A program made the position numbers and the translations under genes. Positions 19,491 to 29,271 of a stretch of 64,000 bases of DNA are shown here, piece by piece. Below the pieces are notes generated by a model. The model worked only from the letters and a program-made list of their open reading frames with translations. It had not been told where the DNA came from and searched no databases. Source of the DNA: an uncultured cyanobacterium (GTDB lineage: Bacteria; Cyanobacteriota; Cyanobacteriia; Cyanobacteriales; CAWUOF01); NCBI GenBank assembly GCA_963744145.1, contig CAVUSO010000001.1:544001-608000 (forward strand). Direction: 5' to 3'. Numbering within the stretch: position 1 is the stretch's first letter; each line of letters starts with the position of its first letter.

Positions 19491-22070
19491 ATGGCAGAAG
19501 ATTTCAATATCGATACCCTGGTACAGCAAGGACATAACCAATTGGATCGGGGACAGAATCAAGCAGCCCTAGAAACTTTTCAGCAAGCTCATCTCCTAGA
19601 CTCACAAAACCCCCAGGTATTATATGGGTTAGGTTTAACTTACTATCGATTAAAAGAATATCAAGCAGCGATTAATCATCTAAATAGAGCTTTGGAAATT
19701 AAGCCAACCTATATATTAACGCTGACAAGACGCGGATTGGCTTATCAAGCATTAAAGCAGGAGCAGAGTGCAACAATAGATTTTGAAAAAGCTATTTCTA
19801 TTGAACCACAAAATGATGAAGATTGGCGAGGGCGAGGAATTGCGTTAGATGAATTAAAAAGATATGAAGAGGCGATCGCCTCCTACGACCGAACGCTGCA
19901 ACTTAATCCCAATAACGACTATGCTTGGAATGGTCGGGGTAATTCCCTTGATCACTTAGGAAAATATGAAGAGGCAATCGACTCCTACGACCGAGCGCTG
20001 GCAATTAATCCCAATAACGACGTTTATTGGAATAATCGGGGTATTTCCCTTGCTCACTTAAGAAAATATGAAGAGGCAATCATTTGCTTTGACCGAGCGC
20101 TACAACTTAATCCCAATGACGACGATTGTTGGAATAATTGGGTTATTGTCCTTAAGAAATTAGGGAATTACAAAGCTGCCATAATAAAGTTTGATGATGC
20201 GATCGAACGACTGAAGCAAAAGCTGCCTGATTATCAGCAAGCTTACGGTAAGTTATATTGGAGAAAAGGTAATTTCCAATATGACTATGGAAAAAGACTG
20301 ATTGATTCTAATACTAATATAGAATTAAATGTTCGAGCGCCAAGTATTGGTAATGAGCGAAATACTCAATCTTCTCAAACAAATCAGTTAGATCCTTTTC
20401 CTCATTGGTTAGAAGCAAGAACAAGCTATGAAAATGCTCTTAATCTTCTGACGTTTGCTCAGTTTCCCCAACAATATTTAGAAGTATTGCAAGATTTGAT
20501 GAAACTTTGCGCTTATTTAGGTGATAATAGCACTCTTGAAAAAGAATTAGAAAAAGGTACTCAAAGCTTAGAAAAATTGCTCCGTCAGTGTGACAATGAA
20601 TATCAAAAAATTGCTTTAGCCCGCAAGTTTCCTGTTTTCGATCAATTACGAGTAGATATTCTCACTCAGTCTGAAGATGAACAAAAGAAAATTAAAGCTT
20701 TAGAGTTAGCAGAGAAACGGAAAAATATATGTCTAAGTTGGATGTGGAAAGGTTGGAATTTTCCTAGCCCTAATTATCAGAAAATCCAAGAGTTGCTCAA
20801 TCCTAAAACAGCAATTATATACTGGCACGTTAGTCCTAATGCGATCGCTACTTTTATTCTCCGCTACAAGCAACCTCTGATTATTCAAACCCTTAAACCG
20901 ATTACTCAGAAAAAATATTTGGGATTAATTTCTCAATCTATTATCCCAGAACAATCTGCTTATCTTGCAGCGATCGAGCAGTTAGAAAAATTTGAAACTT
21001 GGCTGAAAAACTGGAAAGAAGATTATCAAAGCTATAGTCAAGCATCGACCGAAAAAGAAAATCATCCTTGGCGCAATAAGATGAAATCTCGCTTAGATGA
21101 ACTAGCAATAATCTTGAATATTAAGAAAATTATAGCAAATCTAACAGACATTACTCATTTAATTTTAATTCCTCACCGTGATTTACACTTGTTACCACTA
21201 CATTATTTATTCAATCATTATGATCAAAAAGATCCAGAACAGGAAGCTAGATTTACCATCACCTATCTACCTAGCGCTCTGCTCGGACTTAACTTACAAA
21301 CTCCTCAATCTGTTAATTTGCTCGTCAATGTAGATAATCCTGATCACTATTTGCATTTTGTGAGAATTACAGCGATCGCTATTTCTTGGTTATATCGCGA
21401 TCGACAACAACTTGCTTTTGAGCCGATGACTAAAGATGGACTGATCCAAACATTGCAAAATAATAGATGTACTTTTCACTTTAATGGACACGCTTATCAC
21501 GATAATGAAGACCCGACAAAATCAGCATTAATTCTGGCAAAAAATCAAGAGTTAACTTTAGCTGATATTTTCAATAATTTAGATTTTACTAATCAAGATT
21601 TAGTCTGTCTTTCTGCTTGCGAAACTGGAATTACTAGCCCAAATAATAACATTGATGAATATATTGGTTTAGTTAGTGGATTTCTAGCTAAAGGTGCTAA
21701 TTATGTGATTAGTACCCTTTGGGTAGTGAACGAATTTTCTACTACTTTACTAATCATTAAGTTTTATGAATTATTCAAAACTGGTGAAATTCCTGCTGTA
21801 GCACTGAAAAAATCTCAACATTGGTTACGTCAGCTTACTAATAGAGAATTAGCTGAATGGGCTGAAAATCTAGCCCAGGAATTAGCTAAATGGGATCTCA
21901 ATCTAGCTAAACAACAGGTACGGGGAATCCGTCACGGTATTGAATATCTAAAAACTCTTGCCCAGGTCATTAAAAATGATACAATTACAATGGGAGTTAA
22001 TGAGTGTCCCTTTGAGCATCCCTATCATTGGGCAGGTTTTATTCTGACTGGTAAATACTCGAAAAGTTAA
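19491..22070 (+). CDS. TPR-repeat + CHAT (caspase-like) protease
   Basis: N-terminal 34-aa TPRs. CHAT motifs LIPHRDLHLLPLH, FHFNGHA (His), VCLSACETG (Cys), STLWVV, HPYHWAGF. Confidence 0.92.
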   Translation: MAEDFNIDTLVQQGHNQLDRGQNQAALETFQQAHLLDSQNPQVLYGLGLTYYRLKEYQAAINHLNRALEIKPTYILTLTRRGLAYQALKQEQSATIDFEKAISIEPQNDEDWRGRGIALDELKRYEEAIASYDRTLQLNPNNDYAWNGRGNSLDHLGKYEEAIDSYDRALAINPNNDVYWNNRGISLAHLRKYEEAIICFDRALQLNPNDDDCWNNWVIVLKKLGNYKAAIIKFDDAIERLKQKLPDYQQAYGKLYWRKGNFQYDYGKRLIDSNTNIELNVRAPSIGNERNTQSSQTNQLDPFPHWLEARTSYENALNLLTFAQFPQQYLEVLQDLMKLCAYLGDNSTLEKELEKGTQSLEKLLRQCDNEYQKIALARKFPVFDQLRVDILTQSEDEQKKIKALELAEKRKNICLSWMWKGWNFPSPNYQKIQELLNPKTAIIYWHVSPNAIATFILRYKQPLIIQTLKPITQKKYLGLISQSIIPEQSAYLAAIEQLEKFETWLKNWKEDYQSYSQASTEKENHPWRNKMKSRLDELAIILNIKKIIANLTDITHLILIPHRDLHLLPLHYLFNHYDQKDPEQEARFTITYLPSALLGLNLQTPQSVNLLVNVDNPDHYLHFVRITAIAISWLYRDRQQLAFEPMTKDGLIQTLQNNRCTFHFNGHAYHDNEDPTKSALILAKNQELTLADIFNNLDFTNQDLVCLSACETGITSPNNNIDEYIGLVSGFLAKGANYVISTLWVVNEFSTTLLIIKFYELFKTGEIPAVALKKSQHWLRQLTNRELAEWAENLAQELAKWDLNLAKQQVRGIRHGIEYLKTLAQVIKNDTITMGVNECPFEHPYHWAGFILTGKYSKS

Positions 22071-22078
22071 CTATGAAC

Positions 22079-22210
22079 CAATACGGTTCAGTTAAGGATG
22101 TTTTTGGGGATCTGGGCAGAAGAAGGGTGAAGCATTCGGGTATAATGTTACTGGTTTGATCATTCAATTATCGCCCGAATGCTTCACCCCTACACTTAAC
22201 TGAACTATTG
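22079..22210. mobile_element. MITE (CAATACGGTTCAGTTAAG-type ends) carrying a family A hairpin
   Basis: Ends CAATACGGTTCAGTTAAG / CTTAACTGAACTATTG. AACTATGAA repeated at 22069-22077 and 22211-22219. Confidence 0.75.
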
Positions 22211-22214
22211 AACT

Positions 22215-22628
22215 ATGAATTACAATCTTGGACCTTTAGAATTTGTCACAGTTTGGGCTTTTTTAGCAGCTTTAGCTAAAATAGATCAACCTTTACCACC
22301 CGAGTTACAACAAGAAATTAACCAAGTTGGCAAAGTTTTTACTACTGATCCTGGAAGAGCGATCGAGCAACTGTTAGATTTAGGTAAAAATCCTGTTCTG
22401 AAAGAATTTTATGATGCTGCACGTCTGGATATTCAAACTCAGTATGAAACTCAAGAATGTCGTGAAACCGAAGAGAATGAAGATATTTCAATCCTGCTCA
22501 AAAATGTAGTAATTTTAGAAACACTATCCACAGTTCTGGATGCTCCAGTTTCACAACAAGAAGCGAAACATCAATATCCAGACTTTATTAATCGAGTAAA
22601 TTCTTTGTTTAAGCGCAAACATAAATGA
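22215..22628 (+). CDS. Small hypothetical protein downstream of the CHAT protease
   Basis: 137-aa helical-looking ORF whose stop overlaps the next start (ATGA). Confidence 0.75.
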   Translation: MNYNLGPLEFVTVWAFLAALAKIDQPLPPELQQEINQVGKVFTTDPGRAIEQLLDLGKNPVLKEFYDAARLDIQTQYETQECRETEENEDISILLKNVVILETLSTVLDAPVSQQEAKHQYPDFINRVNSLFKRKHK

Positions 22629-24040
22629 CTAATTTGAAATATCTTACCCTTGATTTATTTGCTTTTAATCTCGTTGATGCTTTAGGTCTTGATAAAGAAA
22701 AAGCACAAAAGAAATGCGATGATTTTTGGCAAAATAACTTACTGCAATATATAGAAAATTTACCAGAATATCAACTTAAAACCGAACCAGACAAAGTAAA
22801 ATTTAGTTTTAAATTAGATTCCGATCGCATTGAAGGTTTCTACCAGCGTAAAAAAATTGAGGATGGTTATAACTGGTTATTTGATTATTCCATCATTGAC
22901 CAAGAAATTTCCTTAGATCAAACCACTAATTTAGCAAAAATCAAACAGCTAATCCCTAATCTCCCAAATCCGTCTCAGGAGAAAATATTACCTGAATATA
23001 TATTACTAGGGCAAACCTGGATGATTTCTAGTTGGCTATATGCTCATCCATTAGAACAATATAATCCCCTTCCTCATATTTCTGGTGACATCGATCGACA
23101 ATTACAGCAGTTTGCTAGTAAATTATATCAAGATTTGTGTGGCAAAGCTTGGCAGCATTACCACGTCGGTAAATTTTTGGGAGGGACGATTTTTGAAGTT
23201 TGGTGTTCTGGGCAAAAATGGGATAAAATTGAAGATAATAGTCATGCAATTATTATATTTTATAATGATAAAGCAAGTTTTGATCAAGCTGGTAAATTTT
23301 ATGATCATTGGCGTCATTTACTCTATTGTCGTCACAAAATTTTGTTTGCTTATCAGCAAAGTCGTAATCTTAAACAAAGTCTGAAAGATTATTTTAGTGA
23401 AGTTGTTGTTAAACTCAAAAGTATTAGAGATAATTTAGAAATTAATTGTGAAGAAGATTGGCAAATTGCTTTAAAAAGTTGTGCTAAATATGCGATCGAC
23501 TTAAATGTTTTAATTAGTCAAGCAAAAACGATTGAAGTTAATCTGGAAAATTATAACAGATTGTTACAAGTTTTAGAAACAGAGGGTAATAAATTTGCTC
23601 CCACTAATTTACAACATTTTCAACAGGAATTTAATGAAGTTGTTATAAATCAATACCAAAAACAAATAGAAAAAGATTATGCTAGTTTTACTCCTGGGTT
23701 AGAAATTTTAAAAAATTTGGTGGATACAATTCGGGGGATGGTAGAGGTAGAAAAGATTAAAAGCGATCGGCGAATTGAACGTACTATTGCGATCGGAGGG
23801 ATTGCGATCGGTACTGCGTCTGTTTCTGCTTCTGCGATTTCTCCTTTTATTGAAACTATTACTCAGCTACCTTTAAAGACAGTTACTACAATTCAGCTAC
23901 CTTCTAAAAAAGTAGAGACTAAGGAAGTTCTAATTCCCCATAATGCTTGGTTTAATTTTGGGATAGCTTTCTTGATTAGTATTTTTATTGGTTTATTGTT
24001 TGGGTCGATAACTGGGGTTATTTTGAAGTTGAGAGATTAG
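22625..24040 (+). CDS. Hypothetical protein with coiled-coil stalk and two C-terminal hydrophobic helices (CorA-like topology)
   Basis: 471 aa. Large soluble region, then hydrophobic IAIGGIAIGTASVSASAI and FNFGIAFLISIFIGLLFGSITGVIL. Confidence 0.7.
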   Translation: MTNLKYLTLDLFAFNLVDALGLDKEKAQKKCDDFWQNNLLQYIENLPEYQLKTEPDKVKFSFKLDSDRIEGFYQRKKIEDGYNWLFDYSIIDQEISLDQTTNLAKIKQLIPNLPNPSQEKILPEYILLGQTWMISSWLYAHPLEQYNPLPHISGDIDRQLQQFASKLYQDLCGKAWQHYHVGKFLGGTIFEVWCSGQKWDKIEDNSHAIIIFYNDKASFDQAGKFYDHWRHLLYCRHKILFAYQQSRNLKQSLKDYFSEVVVKLKSIRDNLEINCEEDWQIALKSCAKYAIDLNVLISQAKTIEVNLENYNRLLQVLETEGNKFAPTNLQHFQQEFNEVVINQYQKQIEKDYASFTPGLEILKNLVDTIRGMVEVEKIKSDRRIERTIAIGGIAIGTASVSASAISPFIETITQLPLKTVTTIQLPSKKVETKEVLIPHNAWFNFGIAFLISIFIGLLFGSITGVILKLRD

Positions 24041-24061
24041 ATCGGGTTAAATTGAAATATG

Positions 24062-24526
24062 GTTCAGTTCACCGTAGGGGCAAAGCATTTCGGCGAATCA
24101 ATGATGGCTGAAACGTTTACCCTGAGCGTAGTCGAAGGGAAGAATAATATTACCGAAATGCTTTGCCCTTACCATCTATGCAGCCAACCGATCAACTAGA
24201 TATTAAAATACATTCAGTTACCAATATAGTTCAGTTCACCGTAGGGGCAAAGCATTTCGGCGAATCAATGATGGCTGAAACGTTTACCCTGAGCGTAGTC
24301 GAAGGGAAGAATAATATTACCGAAATGCTTTGCCCTTACCATCTATGCAGCCAACCGATCAACTAGATATTAAAATACATTCAGTTACCAATATAGTTCA
24401 GTTCACCGTAGGGGCAAAGCATTTCGGCGAATCAATGATGGCTGAAACGAAGAATAATATTACCGAAATGCTTTGCCCTTACCATCTATGCAGCCAACCG
24501 ATCAACTAGATATTAAAATACATTCA
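24062..24526. repeat. 167-bp tandem repeat x3 (third copy lacks 24 bp)
   Basis: GTAGGGGCAAAGCATTTCGG starts at 24074, 24241 and 24408. Each unit forms a hairpin with CCGAAATGCTTTGCCC. Confidence 0.95.
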
Positions 24527-24553
24527 TTTAAGTTTTTTTTGGGAGTTCTCGGC

Positions 24554-24648
24554 GAAGAAGGGCGAAGCATTCGGATATAATGTTAACTTGTTTAAGTGAT
24601 AAATTATCGCCCGAATGCTTCGCCCCTACAATTAACTGAACTGTATTG
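24554..24648. repeat. Family A hairpin copy 3 plus MITE right end
   Basis: GGGCGAAGCATTCGG...CCGAATGCTTCGCCCCTAC followed by TTAACTGAACTGTATTG. Confidence 0.8.
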
Positions 24649-24659
24649 GATTATGGCTA

Positions 24660-25697
24660 TTAAGGAGCTGGATTAGAATAACGAGTATGTACAGCATCGA
24701 TTTCTGCTAAGATATTAGTGTCCAGTTCTACTTGGAAACTCTCTATGTTTTCTTTCAGTTGAGTCATGGTTGTCGCTCCAATAATTGTACTGGTTACAAA
24801 CCATCGACTCCTGACAAATGCTAACGCTAATTGGGTGAGACTTAGTTGGTGAGCTTTGGCTATTTCTGCATATCCGGCGATCGCTTCACTGACCATTGGT
24901 TTTAAATAGCGTTGACCAAATCCTGGAAATAAGTCAATGCGGGAATTTTTGGCAACACCATGAAGATGTTTTCCTGATAAAAATCCGAATCCTAACGGAC
25001 TATAAGCAAGTAATCCTATATTTTCTCGATAAGAAACTTCTGCTAAGGTTGAATCAAAAACTCGGTTAAGTAAATTATAAGCGTTTTGGATGGAAACAAC
25101 TTTGGGTAATCCTAAAGATTTTGCAGCATGGCTAAATTGACAAACTCCCCAAGGGGTTTCGTTACTTAAACCCAGATATCGAATTTTTCCAGCTTTGATT
25201 AGCTCGGCAAAACTTGATAATTGTTCCTCGATCGGTACTGTTTCTCGTTCTTGTTCAGGATTATATAGGGCTTGACCAAAAAGGGGAACATTGCGATCGG
25301 GCCAGTGAATTTGATATAAGTCAATGTAATCTGTTTGTAAGCGTTTGAGACTAGCATTGACTGCGGTGATAATATTATCACGATTAATCGCTAAATTCCC
25401 ATTACGCACCCATGTAATTGGTCTACCTGAACCAGCGATTTTGGTCGCGATAATCAGTTGATCTCGTTGTTGATGTTTTAACCATTCACCTAGATAGGTT
25501 TCGGTTAATCCATAGGTTTCAGCCCGGGGTGGAACTGAGTACATTTCTGCGGTATCAATAAAGTTAATTCCTTGATTAATTGCGTAATCTAATTGCTGAT
25601 GGGCTTCTTCTAGGGTGTTTTGCTGTCCAAAGGTCATTGTCCCTAGACAAATCTCAGAAACTTTAATGTTGCTATCTCCAATTTGGTTATATTTCAT
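24660..25697 (-). CDS. NADP(H)-dependent aldo/keto reductase (Tas-like)
   Basis: ICLGTMTFG, FIDTAEMY, LQTDYIDLYQIHWPDR, GLSNETPWG, SIQNAYNLLNR. Confidence 0.92.
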   Translation of the reverse strand: MKYNQIGDSNIKVSEICLGTMTFGQQNTLEEAHQQLDYAINQGINFIDTAEMYSVPPRAETYGLTETYLGEWLKHQQRDQLIIATKIAGSGRPITWVRNGNLAINRDNIITAVNASLKRLQTDYIDLYQIHWPDRNVPLFGQALYNPEQERETVPIEEQLSSFAELIKAGKIRYLGLSNETPWGVCQFSHAAKSLGLPKVVSIQNAYNLLNRVFDSTLAEVSYRENIGLLAYSPLGFGFLSGKHLHGVAKNSRIDLFPGFGQRYLKPMVSEAIAGYAEIAKAHQLSLTQLALAFVRSRWFVTSTIIGATTMTQLKENIESFQVELDTNILAEIDAVHTRYSNPAP

Positions 25698-25810
25698 GGT
25701 TAGGTGTAGTTTGGTTGTTCATTAATTTGCCTTGATGTTATCATAGAGCTTGGCCATGGTCAATGCTTTTGCTGACCTTAGCGGACATCCGAACGTTCAC
25801 GCATTAACTT

Positions 25811-27061
25811 ATGAGTAAAGCGAATCAGAATTTTGATATTGAGCAAGAGTTAGAAAAATTACGTCACCAGTTAAAACCCAATCCTCAAGGGGAAAATCAG
25901 GTAAGCTCCCAGCAACAAGTACCAAAAAAGCGAAAAGCTAGAAAAAACCTCTTTCCTACAGGATCGTTAGTCGCGATCGCAGTGTTGGGGTTCGGATTAG
26001 GTGCTATGGGGATAATGGGATGGAAAACTTGGGTTTTGGCTAAAGCGAAAACAACTATTGTTGAAGCAGAAAAAGTTGATCATGTTGATGAAATTTCAAC
26101 CCTAACAAAGACTAAACAGTCTTTACAAGACGCGATCGCTAATTTAGAAAAAATTCCCACTGTGTTAGAATTTTCTGATCAAGAAGCTAGTTTGGATTTA
26201 ATGAAGTTGCGATCGCTATTGTTCCTAGTAGACCAAAATCTTCAAGCAACCGAAAATTTAGCCAGTGCAGAAAATTTAGCCATCCAAGCAGCAACCATTG
26301 TTCAGTCTCCTCCCCATCCCTTAAATATCTGGCAACAAGCTGAAATTGATTGGAACCAAGCAATTTTTTTGTTAGAAAAAATTCCCCCATCAACCTCAGT
26401 AGCAGAAACTGCTCAAAAAAAATTATTGAGTTACCGTTCTAACCAAGATTTGATTCATAAAAGGGTAGAGATTGCGCGTCAAGCGGTAGATTTTAATAAT
26501 CAAGGAGCGGAAACAATTAAAACTAGAAATTATCAAAAAGCAATTCAATTTTTTACTCAAGCAATTAATCTTAATGCTGCTCTAGCTGAAGCTTATTATG
26601 GTCGCGGAATGGCTTATTCCGAGTTAGGAAATAAATCAGCAGCGTTGCTTAATTATAATCAAGCTATCCAATCTAATAGTGATTTTGCTGAAGCTTATTT
26701 TAGCAGAGGTAGATATTATTATGATACAGGCGATCGCGTCAAAGCTATGGCAGATTTTGAGCAAACTATTCGCGTTAATCCTAATTATGCGATCGCGTAT
26801 TTAGAAAGAGGAGCAATTCGTTATCAATTAGGAATGCAATCCACGGGAATAAGTGATTTTCAAAAAGCATCTGAGTTATGTTTGCAACAGGGAGATCTAA
26901 ACAATTATCAATTAGCTCAAAATTTACTGATGAAATTTAATCAAAGTTCTCCAGCAAACAGTCCTGAAGAAAAAAATGATAAAATTATTTCCCCTATTCA
27001 ATTACAGATTCCTCAACCTAAAACTCATCCACAATCATCTAGTCCCAGTGAGAAAAAATAA
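25811..27061 (+). CDS. Membrane-anchored TPR protein
   Basis: One TM segment near the N-terminus, C-terminal TPRs (AEAYYGRG, AEAYFSRG). Confidence 0.8.
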   Translation: MSKANQNFDIEQELEKLRHQLKPNPQGENQVSSQQQVPKKRKARKNLFPTGSLVAIAVLGFGLGAMGIMGWKTWVLAKAKTTIVEAEKVDHVDEISTLTKTKQSLQDAIANLEKIPTVLEFSDQEASLDLMKLRSLLFLVDQNLQATENLASAENLAIQAATIVQSPPHPLNIWQQAEIDWNQAIFLLEKIPPSTSVAETAQKKLLSYRSNQDLIHKRVEIARQAVDFNNQGAETIKTRNYQKAIQFFTQAINLNAALAEAYYGRGMAYSELGNKSAALLNYNQAIQSNSDFAEAYFSRGRYYYDTGDRVKAMADFEQTIRVNPNYAIAYLERGAIRYQLGMQSTGISDFQKASELCLQQGDLNNYQLAQNLLMKFNQSSPANSPEEKNDKIISPIQLQIPQPKTHPQSSSPSEKK

Positions 27062-27089
27062 ATGTCAGTGGTAACGCGATCGCCCAGAT

Positions 27090-27461
27090 TTATTTAAAAA
27101 ATAAATACCTAATTCCAATCACCAGCAGAAATATACCGTAGAGTTTTTTCATCATTTCACTACTAATAAAAGGTTGGTTAGCAAAAAGTGCCCCAAACAG
27201 ATTCCCCACTACTAATCCAATTGCAATCATCACACCATATTTGATATTTAAGTTACCGTTACGGTAATAAACAATTGCGGATAAAATTCCAATTGGTAAA
27301 ACCTGTGCTGCTAAAGATGTACCTGTAGCAAATTTTTGGTCTAAGTTCAAGAGCAATACCATTCCTGGTACTATGATCGCACCACCACCAATCCCAAACA
27401 TCCCACCTGCAATTCCTGCGACTAAACCGATAATCAGAAGTTGGATCAGAATCAGAGACAT
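27090..27461 (-). CDS. Sulfite exporter TauE/SafE family (half-size) permease
   Basis: GIAGGMFGIGGGAIIVP, ATGTSL. Confidence 0.85.
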   Translation of the reverse strand: MSLILIQLLIIGLVAGIAGGMFGIGGGAIIVPGMVLLLNLDQKFATGTSLAAQVLPIGILSAIVYYRNGNLNIKYGVMIAIGLVVGNLFGALFANQPFISSEMMKKLYGIFLLVIGIRYLFFK

Positions 27462-27544
27462 AGTTAAGTAGATGATTTTTAGATATTAAAAATCATTATA
27501 ATAGTTATGGCTGTCACCTAAATTACATTAGTATATTTTCAGAT

Positions 27545-28156
27545 TTGCTGACCCTCATGTCCCTATCTCCAACCCCAACGATTAAATTTCTCCAACAACC
27601 GACTTCTTTAGAGTGGGTAAGTCAAGCGATCGCTAATCTGGATACAATCTTACTTGATCACTCTCATTGTGAACGCAAAGCCGCAGGAGTAGCGGTAAAT
27701 TTAATGTTTCGCTATCCTTCTCATCAGAAAATGATCCGGATGCTGACAGCGATCGCGATTGAAGAATTAGAGCATTTTGAGCTGGTAAATCGATGGTTAG
27801 AACGTCGGGGGATAGCTTTGGCTCCTCTAGCTGCACCTCCCTATGCAACTGGGTTAAATGCTCAAATTCGTCGTCAAGAACCAGAGCGTTTATTAGATTC
27901 TTTGCTGGTTTCTGGTTTAATTGAAGCTCGTAGTCACGAAAGGTTAGGTTTATTAGCGACCCATTGTCCTGATGCAGAATTATCTAGTTTTTATCGCGGT
28001 TTAATGGTTTCGGAAGCACGTCATTATGGAGTTTATTGGATTCTTGCTACTACCTATTTTGACCGGATAATTGCTACCGATCGCTTGCAAGAATTAGCGA
28101 GAATTGAAAGTGATTTACTTGCTACTCTCTATCCCCAACCACGAATACATAGCTAG
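27545..28156 (+). CDS. miaE: tRNA-(ms2io6A) hydroxylase (di-iron); start may be the ATG at 27560
   Basis: DHSHCERKAA, EELEHF, IEARSHER, SEARHY. Confidence 0.9.
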   Translation: MLTLMSLSPTPTIKFLQQPTSLEWVSQAIANLDTILLDHSHCERKAAGVAVNLMFRYPSHQKMIRMLTAIAIEELEHFELVNRWLERRGIALAPLAAPPYATGLNAQIRRQEPERLLDSLLVSGLIEARSHERLGLLATHCPDAELSSFYRGLMVSEARHYGVYWILATTYFDRIIATDRLQELARIESDLLATLYPQPRIHS

Positions 28157-28170
28157 GAGCTTAGTCCCAG

Positions 28171-28743
28171 CTACTTTTTAAATAGGAAAGGACGTGCAAA
28201 AGAATAACCAATCCCAAAAGCACTAGCAACTACTAAAATAATTACAATTATCGGCCAGAATCGCCCAATTCTCATCATCTGTTGAGAATTCCGGTGAGGA
28301 CGGTAATGTTCTTGTGCTTGTTCGGTCAATAATTTATTTGGTGGATAGGCAAAATAGGAATCATCATTATGATCATCCATACTATGATCATCCGCGATCG
28401 CCCCTACAGTCGGACTTTGAGGAAAATACGCGGGTGATGACAGGGAATTTGCTGGTGTCCCATTAGCAGTTTGACTAACCCCGACCTGATGACCCGATAA
28501 CTGTTGCATTCGCAATACGGTTTGAACTACCTGATCAATTTCTCGCTGTAACTGTTGATTTTGCAAGAGTAATTGTTGATTTTGGGTAGTCAGCTCTTGA
28601 TATTTAATATTGAGAGAGTCTAACATGGCTTGGGTAGCTTGCATTTCTGCGACCAATTCTCGGTAAACGGAAATTGGGACAGAAGGAGAGTAAGTATTAC
28701 TACCCATCAGAGGCGAGGGTTCAGAAGCGTTATGATTATTCAT
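28171..28743 (-). CDS. Hypothetical coiled-coil protein with C-terminal TM anchor
   Basis: PSVPISVYREL followed by a Gln-rich coiled coil and a hydrophobic tail. Confidence 0.75.
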   Translation of the reverse strand: MNNHNASEPSPLMGSNTYSPSVPISVYRELVAEMQATQAMLDSLNIKYQELTTQNQQLLLQNQQLQREIDQVVQTVLRMQQLSGHQVGVSQTANGTPANSLSSPAYFPQSPTVGAIADDHSMDDHNDDSYFAYPPNKLLTEQAQEHYRPHRNSQQMMRIGRFWPIIVIILVVASAFGIGYSFARPFLFKK

Positions 28744-28835
28744 AATCTGTAGTCCGAGAATGTCTCAAGTTATTTGCAATTAGAACAAGGTCAGAGAAAT
28801 TAGTCAAGTTATTTGCTCCAAATTGAAATCCACCG

Positions 28836-29267
28836 ATGAACCAATCCCTAAACCAACCAAACTGGTCCCCCAGTCCTAACACTACTAGTGATCCGACAGA
28901 AAGCAAATATGGTGAACGGAACATTACTCAGGGACAATTAATCACCTTTCCCAATCCCCGGATCGGACGAAAATACGAGATTAACATCTCTTTACCAGAG
29001 TTTACCTGTAAATGTCCCTTTTCTGGCTATCCAGATTTTGCCACCATTGAGATTAACTATATCCCCGACCAAAAGGTGGTAGAATTAAAAGCAATCAAGC
29101 TTTATATTAATAGCTATCGCGATCGCTATATTTCCCATGAAGAATCTGTTAATCAAATTCTCGATGATTTTGTGAGTGCTTGTGATCCGATCGAGGTGAC
29201 AGTTACAGGGGATTTTTCTCCTCGGGGTAACGTTCACACTGTGATTAAGGTGCATCACCAAAAGTAA
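28836..29267 (+). CDS. queF: NADPH-dependent 7-cyano-7-deazaguanine reductase
   Basis: PEFTCKCPFSGYPDFA, VELKAIKLY, ISHE, PRGN. Confidence 0.93.
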   Translation: MNQSLNQPNWSPSPNTTSDPTESKYGERNITQGQLITFPNPRIGRKYEINISLPEFTCKCPFSGYPDFATIEINYIPDQKVVELKAIKLYINSYRDRYISHEESVNQILDDFVSACDPIEVTVTGDFSPRGNVHTVIKVHHQK

Positions 29268-29271
29268 AAAA

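Noticed and set aside
19860-20140. 102-bp DNA repeats
   Set aside because: Explained by consecutive 34-aa TPR units.
24062-24526. Possible CRISPR array, and the 67-aa ORF 24163-24366
   Set aside because: Units are 167 bp and identical between hairpins, with no unique spacers. The ORF lies wholly inside the repeat.
28836-29267. queF as part of a 7-deazaguanine DNA-modification (dpd) defence island
   Set aside because: No dpdA or other que/dpd genes nearby. The context is housekeeping.
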